DNA from: an uncultured delta proteobacterium
Lineage (GTDB): Bacteria; Myxococcota_A; Polyangia; Polyangiales; Polyangiaceae
NCBI GenBank assembly: GCA_963696385.1
Contig: CAVOKF010000008.1
Location: 192,001-256,000 of the forward strand
DNA length: 64,000 nt
Reading direction: 5' to 3'
Translations under genes and position numbers: made by a program
Shown here: positions 40,701 to 47,911 of the stretch, in pieces
Layout: the number at the start of each line of letters is the position of its first letter
Position numbering within the stretch: position 1 is the stretch's first letter
The notes under the pieces: generated by a model
Told to the model about the DNA's origin: nothing
What the model saw: only the letters and a program-made list of their open reading frames with translations
Database searches by the model: none

Positions 40701-42143
40701 GATGTACGGCTCGTCGGGCCCCGGTCCGACGAGGTCGAAATTGTCGAGCGATCCGGCGATGTACGTATAGGCCTCTTGTCGGAAGTCGGCCCCCGGATCC
40801 CCGGTCAGCTTTTGCTGATCGTCGGTGTAGTTCAACAAGCGGACGAACTCTTGGACGGCGGCCTCGTAGCGCTGCTGCTTGAAGAGCGTCCATGCGTACT
40901 TGTAAAGAGCCACCCCGAAGAGCGGTGGCCTCTTGAACGTCATCGCATGCGTGTACGCACTGGCTGCGCGGTTGTAGTCCCACACCGCAGACGCCTCGAA
41001 GTCGACCACGCCGCCGCCGAGATCGTCTTGATCGAATTCCCAGTCGCCGATGCGCCACCAGACCTCGGCCACGTACTTGGGCTCGGCCCCCGCCGGAACG
41101 TCCGGCTGGGCGACCATCTCGCAGTTTTGCGGATACGGGTCGTCGTACGTCGTTTCGGCTTTGGGCCCCTTCGCCAGCGAGGCCGGTGTCGGGTACTTGG
41201 ACCGCCATCGCTTCCAGAAGGCCTCGTCCTGATCTTGGGGGAGCGGTGCGATCGTGTCGACATCCGGATTCTTCGGGTCGCTCGCGACCGGGTAGCTGTA
41301 GCGATTGTGGCACACGAGCGATCGCCACACCTGCTGGGCCTCGGGGACCCGCCTGGAGTCGTTCAGCGCGTGCCCGAGAAAGTAATAAATGCCCGCCAAT
41401 TCTTTGTAATTCGGGAATTCGCGCAGGACGCGCTTGTAGAGTTCGACCGCGGGTCGCAGACCCGTCGCCATGTCCGCGTTCGGATCCTCGTCGCCCCTGG
41501 CGCGCTCCTCGTACAAGGCCGCCAGCCGATACATGGCGTCCGGGGTCGCCTCCGGCTGGGCGTTTGCACCGCTGTATCTCCCGACGAAATCTTCGAGACG
41601 GCGGATCGCGATCTCTCGGGCTTTCCTGAGCTCGTCTTTCTCGATGCCCACCTCGCGGTCGAGCCCACCGAGGATCGACTTTTTTCGGGCCTCGTAGTGA
41701 AGCGTCACGATCGTCGTGATCGCGTCCTTGTAGTCCTGCGCGCCTCGCGCATAGGTATCGGCCTCTTGCCGAATCTCCCGGTACGCGGACACCTGTGCCG
41801 GAGTCGGCGGCGCGAGCTTGACCGCGTGGGCACGGTAGGTGGGTACCGACGCGAGATCCTCCGCCGTCGCCGTGGCCGCGGGACTCGTGGATCCGGCGCC
41901 GCCCGGCGCAGGTGGAGTCGCCGCGGGCCCGCCGCCGTCGGCGTGGCCGGCGTCACCGGACGTCGCGAGACCACCCCCGGCGTCGGCCGCGTCGACCACC
42001 GTCTGTGCCGCGGCCGACCCGGCCTCGGCCGCCGACGAGTCGGACGCGACGGACCCGCCGAGCGCGATCGCCAAAGCCCCCGCCACGCCACCGAATGCGT
42101 GCAGTCTACTTCGCCCCTTCGAACCTCGCCTCGCCATGGTCAT
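37770..42143 (-). CDS. GltD/AgmU-like large TPR protein (~1457 aa)
   Basis: Signal-like N-terminus, TPDAMYRLAALY, ALYKYAWT; start MTMARR downstream of a GAGGA RBS. Confidence 0.8.
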   Translation of the reverse strand: MTMARRGSKGRSRLHAFGGVAGALAIALGGSVASDSSAAEAGSAAAQTVVDAADAGGGLATSGDAGHADGGGPAATPPAPGGAGSTSPAATATAEDLASVPTYRAHAVKLAPPTPAQVSAYREIRQEADTYARGAQDYKDAITTIVTLHYEARKKSILGGLDREVGIEKDELRKAREIAIRRLEDFVGRYSGANAQPEATPDAMYRLAALYEERARGDEDPNADMATGLRPAVELYKRVLREFPNYKELAGIYYFLGHALNDSRRVPEAQQVWRSLVCHNRYSYPVASDPKNPDVDTIAPLPQDQDEAFWKRWRSKYPTPASLAKGPKAETTYDDPYPQNCEMVAQPDVPAGAEPKYVAEVWWRIGDWEFDQDDLGGGVVDFEASAVWDYNRAASAYTHAMTFKRPPLFGVALYKYAWTLFKQQRYEAAVQEFVRLLNYTDDQQKLTGDPGADFRQEAYTYIAGSLDNFDLVGPGPDEPYIARPDILDTARSPAEGEAKLHVAIERVQDPRLIPQDKPWTIEIYQALALEFRAINQYKNALATYQMMLDKWPNDPSAPDAQNGIAEVYDLLVRQTKMGDERREYERKVLESRTLLSKYTGDSSWVDANKDNPEALRRAEELVRTGLKGAAITHTRNGQAAIEQADQTGDPKEKLRLTNYAIQEYRLAAIGWLGYLKQDENAADSYKSRYFYADALHNQVRLEVALHQFDPKEYGEPTSPEIATAERAAVDVRDSDEDDQFIDNAGLFVVDLADVDRDLAFQRWQDSGGTVGIEPRKDVKLQGTEGDKTVVVEDIPAVIEKSMQSRDEYIERVPPERDKQNRAAEYASYSADQYYLYGHFKEATVRFEAIYKERCGKDALGYEAWKRLIVMSNIQKDAARSRELAEAEKRSSCAKTELQVAEEKRGVLTDLVLQNAAFEDANKVFKQAKDAAPGPDRDALWRKAGKMYEDALRAAPSHKDAPAAAINSAYCYKQVGEFNKAIDLYQLFISNYGSEEILDRLQNGGIDPAKKGEKVAPNPDEYKERIKYLGMAHDALSSTYYGFFAYQRAAESFAKIATNPRFDQDRRSNAARIAMVLYSNLSDRSDMNTMYAVLVDSKMHLSASKRVEADYLKASFDYAQWDPNGGDAGANGAARKLAVAELTRFHAANKGRPEAARYSLEAAFRVAKMLQSQGDPTFRSWFKTTIADWEFFKSYPAAAAAADNKTVQIFATDVPYSDYGGEADFTLVDEEVRAGFDYAAGNHHYAGNAVDVTKAVDKDLGEAEKKWRPPLEHIAQQYGSFQWAAAATARIGSLYDSIRTGLDLVVPKYFTAQQDALLKRLEGVAAKLDAAGQGDKADQIRQQMDDMRDQVRSKWRTTKDQYMEVCNQKMVSKYATAALTARKYNVKDAAVQSAVGRLAYLTDYLGDDKMKAYVENTPDPLSPNSKLVYVPGEFLQWRSGVVFAPPANGEPAPLPAAP

Positions 42144-42169
42144 CGTCTTCCTCGGACCCCGAGCGGCCC

Positions 42170-44548
42170 TCAATTTCCCGCCGGCTGCGCGGGATCGAGG
42201 CCATCGTCCCGGACTTCTTTGAGCTCCTCGTCGAGCACCTGTTCTTGCCGCGCGCGCTCGGTCTGCAAGGTACGGACACGGTCCAGCTCTTCTTCGCGGA
42301 CCTCCCAGGCTTCCTCGGTGACGCCGACGTCGGCGCGCAAAACGATTCCGCGCAGCCGATCGCGCACGATGCCGAAGTTGCGCTGAGCGACGTGGCCCAC
42401 CAGATCGCGCGCGTCGTTGTCCAGCGCATCCAGCTGTTGGCGGTAGCCGGCCAAGCTCGCCTGTTCGGCCACGATGCGACGCCCGAGATCGGCGGAACGA
42501 GCCGCCACCTGCCCTTCGAGATCTTGAATGATCGCGACCAACGAGGTCTCGTAGTCGCGCAGCTGCTGCAGAAGCGGTGCGCCCTGGCGTGCGAACGACT
42601 CGACCGAACCGCCGGCCGCGCCCGACGAAGCCAGCTGAACCTCGCGATCCACCAGATCGCGAAATTCGTTGCGGACGACGGCATCGTTCTGGTAGCGGGC
42701 GTCGCCCAGACCGATCTCCGCCCGGCCCGTCTCCACTTGGCGACGCAGATCGACGATCCCCTCGCGGTAGCGTTGGATGTCGCGCTCGTTGGCGTCGAGT
42801 TCGGCCTGGAAGCGCTGCACGGTGGCCGGCTCCCTCGCGACGCCCTGCTGGGGGCCGTCCGCGATCAAGCGACGCAACCCGTTGATGGAGGCCTGCAGCG
42901 CGTCGACTTCGTACGATCGACGCGAAAGCTCCTGCGAGAGATCGTTCCACAGGGTGACCCCCTGCTGATCGCGACGGTCGAAATCGCCCGCCGAGACGGG
43001 CAACGCCGCGATCGATGCCATGAGCGCGCGGCGGCGCTGCCGGACGCCGGCGATCTCGCCGCTCAAATCCGACGGCTCTTCGCCGTCGAGCTCGCGGGCG
43101 ATGGCGAGACGGCCCAACGAGAGCCGGTTCAAGACTCCGAGGGCCGCGCGCTCTCCGGCCTCGAGATCGGGGAACGCTCGAACGCGCGTCGACGCCTGAG
43201 TCAGCGACAACAGCCGATCGACCAGTTCGCTCGATTGCCGAATGAGCACACGGCACTCGTGCACGTCGTCGATGACGGCGAACGCCAGCGGGCCGTCTTC
43301 GGCCTCGCGCGCCCACCGAATGGCAATCGGCGGAAGGCGCTCGTTTTGATCGAGCACGTCGAGCTGCTGCTGGCTAAGCTTGTCGTAGTAAACGGACACG
43401 TCTGCCGTCGAACCGAGAAACGAGTCGACGGCCGAACGCATGGGCTCGTATTGCGTGCGTACGCTTTCGTAGAGCTTCAAGGCCCGGTCGAATGCGCCGG
43501 TCCGAAGCAGGAGATCGGCGCGAAGCAGCGTCCCGTCCGCGATGTACGGGCTGTCCGGATCGCTCACCATGAGCACTTCGAGCGTGCGCTCGGCCCGTTG
43601 CACGTCGCCGAGTCGCACGTACACCCAGGCGAGCTCGTAGAGCATCGTATCGAATTCGGGGCTCTCGCGGCTCACTGTGCCGTAGGCCTCGCTCGCCTGC
43701 TGGTACTGCTCCATCTCGTAGAAGAGCCGGCCGATGGCCAGGAACGCCAAGTCGATGACGTGCTTGTGCTCGGGCGAGTCGGGCGGCAGCTCGGTCACGG
43801 CGCGGAAGGCTTCGATCGCCGGCCTGTAGTTTGCGCCCGTCGCAGACCTCTTGGCGTCGGACACGACCTCGGCGCGGGCCGCCTTCATGGCGATAAGGCC
43901 CTCGAAGTAGCGCGCTTGGTGCACGTAGGGCGTCCCCCGAGCGACCTGCGCAAAGAAGCTTCCGGCTTCGCTCCACGAGCCCCGGCGGTAATACGCCTTG
44001 CCCTTCGCGTAGAGCAGGCCCGCGTCGATCTGCGCCGCAGGCACCTGGTTGAACCGGTCGAACAGGGGCGCGAGGGTCTCGGGCGGATCATCGAGCCGGA
44101 GCGAGACGTCCACGAGCCGGGAAAGCGCTCGGCCAAAGTAGGAGTCGAAGCGCGGCTCGCTTCCGCGATCGACCAGCGCGCGATAATCGCGCCGGGCCGA
44201 CAGGTAGTCGTGCATCGCGTAATAGGTCTCGCCGAGCAGCCAGAGCGCGTCCGGGTAACTCGGGGTGTTGGCGTACTGTTCGAGGATCTCGCTCAACAGC
44301 ACGGACGCGCGGTTGTAGTCGCCCATGCGGTAGAGCAATTCTCCGTTGGCCACTCGCTGCTCGGGTGTCTGCCGATCCGTGGCGCCCACGCGGACCGCCG
44401 AACGCACGCCGGGCAGGTTTTGCGCCGCATAGGCCAAGGCCCCCTGCGCGGCCGTAACGGCCTCTTCGGGGCTGGCCCATGTAGCGATCGAAAGGGCCGA
44501 CACGAAGGCCGCACAGCAGGCCGCCGTGCCGAGGGCCAATCGTCTCAC
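42170..44548 (-). CDS. GltC-like TPR/coiled-coil protein
   Basis: TPRs, LYELAWVY, C-terminal RADVGVTEEAW; GTG overlaps the upstream stop. Confidence 0.78.
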   Translation of the reverse strand: MRRLALGTAACCAAFVSALSIATWASPEEAVTAAQGALAYAAQNLPGVRSAVRVGATDRQTPEQRVANGELLYRMGDYNRASVLLSEILEQYANTPSYPDALWLLGETYYAMHDYLSARRDYRALVDRGSEPRFDSYFGRALSRLVDVSLRLDDPPETLAPLFDRFNQVPAAQIDAGLLYAKGKAYYRRGSWSEAGSFFAQVARGTPYVHQARYFEGLIAMKAARAEVVSDAKRSATGANYRPAIEAFRAVTELPPDSPEHKHVIDLAFLAIGRLFYEMEQYQQASEAYGTVSRESPEFDTMLYELAWVYVRLGDVQRAERTLEVLMVSDPDSPYIADGTLLRADLLLRTGAFDRALKLYESVRTQYEPMRSAVDSFLGSTADVSVYYDKLSQQQLDVLDQNERLPPIAIRWAREAEDGPLAFAVIDDVHECRVLIRQSSELVDRLLSLTQASTRVRAFPDLEAGERAALGVLNRLSLGRLAIARELDGEEPSDLSGEIAGVRQRRRALMASIAALPVSAGDFDRRDQQGVTLWNDLSQELSRRSYEVDALQASINGLRRLIADGPQQGVAREPATVQRFQAELDANERDIQRYREGIVDLRRQVETGRAEIGLGDARYQNDAVVRNEFRDLVDREVQLASSGAAGGSVESFARQGAPLLQQLRDYETSLVAIIQDLEGQVAARSADLGRRIVAEQASLAGYRQQLDALDNDARDLVGHVAQRNFGIVRDRLRGIVLRADVGVTEEAWEVREEELDRVRTLQTERARQEQVLDEELKEVRDDGLDPAQPAGN

Positions 44549-45390
44549 TTCGGGCCTCCGCCTGCCGGCGAACCCGCCGGCGGAGCCGCTTCGGCCGGAG
44601 CCAGCGGCTGAATCTTCTCCTGCCACTGAATGGTCGGCCGCTCCTCGAGCGGCGTGGTGACGCCGCCCTTTTCGTACGCCGTGGCCGTCACGATCAGAGC
44701 CTTGCCCTCGGTGGCTGTGAAGGCATGGCTCGACTTGACCTCGAACTTGTATCCGCGAAGGTACGAAAATACGCCGTAGCCGTTGCCCTGAAACGTCAAA
44801 ACGAGCTGGATCGTATGATCGCCCGGCGGCATCGATCCGCTGAAGATTGGAATGTCCTTTTGGTCGCTCAGCGCGCCCGAATCGTCTTGGCGGTTGTACT
44901 GAATCTGCCCATCCACGACGAACAGGGCTCGCGTCAAGAGGAACGCGCTCGACATCTGGTCCTCAAAGTTCACTTCGGCGCGAGACCCCGCGGCGCCACC
45001 CCCCAAAATGGTGTCGCTCAGCAGCGCCAAGCGCGTGTGACTTCGGCGGACCTGGTCTTTTAGCTCGTCGACCCGCTGTTCGAGATCGCGCAGACGCACC
45101 GAGTAAGTCCCGCCGTTCATGGCTTGGTCCGTCGGCGGCTTGGCCGTCATATCCACACTGACCGCGCCGGGTGGTGCGACCGCCACGGTCGGGTTCGAGG
45201 CGCCGGAGGCGTCCGACGCGGTCGGAGCCGGACTGGCGGAAGGGGCCGCGACCGGCGACCCCGCGGAAGCGCTGGCACCGGCACTGGCACCCGCATCCGG
45301 CGCAACGGTCTTCGCTGGCGCACCGGCCGCCCACGAGGATCCGGCAAGCGGAAGAAAAAGGGCCAAGACCATCATCACTCGACGTCGCAT
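44545..45390 (-). CDS. Secreted protein (coiled coil plus beta-rich domain), first gene of the Glt-like operon
   Basis: Signal peptide, Ala/Pro linker, LEQRVDELK, GVFSYLRGYKF. Confidence 0.8.
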   Translation of the reverse strand: MRRRVMMVLALFLPLAGSSWAAGAPAKTVAPDAGASAGASASAGSPVAAPSASPAPTASDASGASNPTVAVAPPGAVSVDMTAKPPTDQAMNGGTYSVRLRDLEQRVDELKDQVRRSHTRLALLSDTILGGGAAGSRAEVNFEDQMSSAFLLTRALFVVDGQIQYNRQDDSGALSDQKDIPIFSGSMPPGDHTIQLVLTFQGNGYGVFSYLRGYKFEVKSSHAFTATEGKALIVTATAYEKGGVTTPLEERPTIQWQEKIQPLAPAEAAPPAGSPAGGGPK

Positions 45391-45680
45391 GCGACACTGT
45401 CCCTTCCATCAAAGCGTGGGATTCGCCCGACAACCGTCGGGCACGCCACACGTTCGTCTACTCGGCCGCCCAGGAGCGTGGCGCGTTGCAGTCTATGTTC
45501 GTACGTGCGCAGTTGGCAACAACACCCTTCGAACGATGGGCGACTGGAAGTCCGCGGGCGGGATGAGCGAAAATCGGCATCGTGGCCGCACGTCCGACCG
45601 CTGTCGCTCCCTTCGCAGCCCACGCGGCGCGTGGCCTCGGTCCCCACTGGTCGTTCGATGCCCCCAATCCACCCTCCGTC

Positions 45681-45820
45681 AGCGCGGGCTGCCCCTTCGA
45701 GGCGATCGTGCGCGGCGCCAATCTACCTGAAATGCGGTCAAAAGTCGGATGCGCTATGCAATCGACCGGCTGCGACGATCGCTCGACGCATTCGCGGAGT
45801 CCGCGAGCGCACTATGCTGA
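45681..45820 (+). pseudogene. Remnant of ECF sigma factor region 4
   Basis: AGCPFEAIVRGANLPE/(frameshift)/AVKSRMRYAIDRLRRSL; stop 12 bp before the anti-sigma; no region 2 recognisable upstream. Confidence 0.7.
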
Positions 45821-45832
45821 GGCTGCTTACGG

Positions 45833-46855
45833 ATGATGGACTGCGAGGAATTCGAAGCCGCGATGAGGGCTGCGGTCGACGGCGAGCTCGACGAAGCGAC
45901 GAGCTCCGCCATGAGCCGGCACGCGTCGGGTTGCCCGCGCTGTGCGACCGCGCTCGGCCGCCCGGGCGAGACACGACCGGCTTCGTCCGCGCCGTTATCG
46001 GCCGACCCTTTGCCGAATCCCGAGCGACGCATCCTCCAAGCTGCCCTCGCCCAAGCGGCCCTGGCGACTGGTTCGGGCGCCAAACGAACCGCTTCGCTGC
46101 CCTTTGGAGGGCGCCTCGCGGTGGCCGTCTCGGTTGCGGGCAATTGGGCCATGCGACCGCAGACGGCGATGGCCGCCCTTTTTCTGGTGATGATTGCCAC
46201 GAGTGTGCTGCTGCTTCGGGGCAAGTCGTCGCGCGCCCCGGCAAGCGCCGAGATTACGGTGACCGAAGAAGGAACTCCGGCGCCTACGACTCCCGCTGGC
46301 GCGGCCCGTTCATCCACCCTGCCGGCAGCACCGCCGGATCCCTCGGCGTCGACCCAGCCCAACCCGCGCGACTCCGACGGCCGATCGGGTGCCCCGGCGG
46401 CCGTCCCGATCGTCACCCGTTCCCTGGACGACGTCGACCCTCGGCCGCCCGCGAAGCCGTCGGGATCGGGTCGAGATCACCCGGCGGGCACGACAGCCTT
46501 CGATGAGGCTCTCGGCGCCTACCAAGCCGGCCACTTCGACGAAGCACGTCGCGCCTTCGACGCGTTGCCCTCGACCAACGCCAACGCGAAGTTGTGGGCG
46601 GCGCGTTCTTTGCGCGAGGGGCGAGGATGCGAAGCGTCGGTCTCGCGCTTCGACGACGTCGCGCGGGTCGCTCCCAACACGCCGGCAGGGTGGAACGCCC
46701 TGGTCGAAGGGGCGCGCTGTTACGAGTCCCTCGGCGACACGGCGAGCGCTCGCGCCCGGCTCGACAAGCTCGCGGGGATCGCGTCGTTCAAGGATCTCGC
46801 GCGGGCGGAGCTCGACCGTATCGCGCACGGGCAAAATGGCCCGGAAGGGCGGTGA
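45833..46855 (+). CDS. Zinc-binding anti-sigma factor (zf-HC2) with TM and C-terminal TPR-like domain
   Basis: C..F......DGEL...HASGCPRC (HxxxCxxC), TM, TPR-like end. Confidence 0.85.
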   Translation: MMDCEEFEAAMRAAVDGELDEATSSAMSRHASGCPRCATALGRPGETRPASSAPLSADPLPNPERRILQAALAQAALATGSGAKRTASLPFGGRLAVAVSVAGNWAMRPQTAMAALFLVMIATSVLLLRGKSSRAPASAEITVTEEGTPAPTTPAGAARSSTLPAAPPDPSASTQPNPRDSDGRSGAPAAVPIVTRSLDDVDPRPPAKPSGSGRDHPAGTTAFDEALGAYQAGHFDEARRAFDALPSTNANAKLWAARSLREGRGCEASVSRFDDVARVAPNTPAGWNALVEGARCYESLGDTASARARLDKLAGIASFKDLARAELDRIAHGQNGPEGR

Positions 46856-46886
46856 CAGGGGTGTTCGAGAGCCTGCTGCGTGCTCG

Positions 46887-47416
46887 TTCCTGCTGGGGTG
46901 CTCGAGGGGAGCGGCATTCGCTCCCCTCGACGTGTCGCTGGTGCCGGTTCGGCGAGAGCGGAGCCGAGCGAGCGTAGCGAGTCGAGGCGGAGCGAACGCT
47001 CAGGGTGAACGGGGCGGTCGTTCCTGCTGGGGTGCTCGAGGGGAGCGGCCTTCGCTCCCCTCGACGTGTCGCTGGTGCCGGTTCGGCGAGAGCGGAGCCG
47101 AGCGAGCGTAGCGAGTCGAGGCGGAGCGAACGCTCAGGGTGAACGGGGCGGTCGTTCCTGCTGGGGTGCTCGAGGGGAGCGGCCTTCGCTCCCCTCGACG
47201 TGTCGCTGGTGCCGGTTCGGCGAGAGCGGAGCCGAGCGAGCGTAGCGAGTCGAGGCGGAGCGAACGCTCAGGGTGAACGGGGCGGTCGTTCCTGCTGGGG
47301 TGCTCGAGGGGAGCGGCATTCGCTCCCCTCGACGTGTCGCTGGTGCCGGTTCGGCGAGAGCGGAGCCGAGCGAGCGTAGCGAGTCGAGGCGGAGCGAACG
47401 CTCAGGGTGAACGGGG
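46887..47416 (+). repeat. Tandem array of four 134-bp structured repeat units
   Basis: Units start at 46887, 47021, 47155 and 47289; nearly identical; between convergent genes. Confidence 0.97.
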
Positions 47417-47422
47417 TATCGC

Positions 47423-47854
47423 TCAAGACGGCTCGCGCACGTAGGCGATCGTGCGTATCACCTCGACCAGGCGCTCGCGATTGTCGGGACGAAGATCGAC
47501 AAATCGCACCCCCATCCCAGGATTCGGATTGTCGCCGTTGGGTCGGAGCGCGTTGATCCAAGCGACCTCGCCCTGCAGCTTGAAGGGCGGGTACCCCGGT
47601 GGCGCAAACGCCAGCATCAAGCGCGTCCCGATCGCCAGCGGATCGGTGGTCTTCACGAAGATGCCCATAGCGCTGATGTTCGTGATGGCCGCGTAGAGGA
47701 ACGTGTCGTCCGCGATGCAGTCGACGGCCCACTCGACGTCGAAGCGATCGTGGACTCGGCGTTCGTCGCGTCTCGACGGCGACTCCTCGTCGGCGTCGTC
47801 GAGACGGGATGCGGACAGTGCCGCAGCCTTGAAATCCTTATTGATCGTCGCCAT
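47423..47854 (-). CDS. PilZ-domain protein (myxobacterial type)
   Basis: ERRVHDR (RxxxR), NISAMGIF, GMGVRF. Confidence 0.92.
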   Translation of the reverse strand: MATINKDFKAAALSASRLDDADEESPSRRDERRVHDRFDVEWAVDCIADDTFLYAAITNISAMGIFVKTTDPLAIGTRLMLAFAPPGYPPFKLQGEVAWINALRPNGDNPNPGMGVRFVDLRPDNRERLVEVIRTIAYVREPS

Positions 47855-47911
47855 CGTCGCCCTCCCGTGTCCGAACGGGCCATCGGCCCACCATGCCGCG
47901 CGGCGAGCCCA

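Noticed and set aside
38043..42386. 1447-aa + strand ORF (also 7817-11398, 41912-44611, 47750-50092, 54900-57458)
   Set aside because: Antisense shadows of well-supported genes, expected in high-GC DNA; no recognisable motifs.
42144..43316. Extended N-terminus of the 1848-aa ORF
   Set aside because: It overlaps the GltC-like gene in another frame; the RBS and signal peptide support a start at 42143.
46887..47416. CRISPR array
   Set aside because: Whole 134-bp units are near-identical, with no unique spacers and no cas genes in the window.
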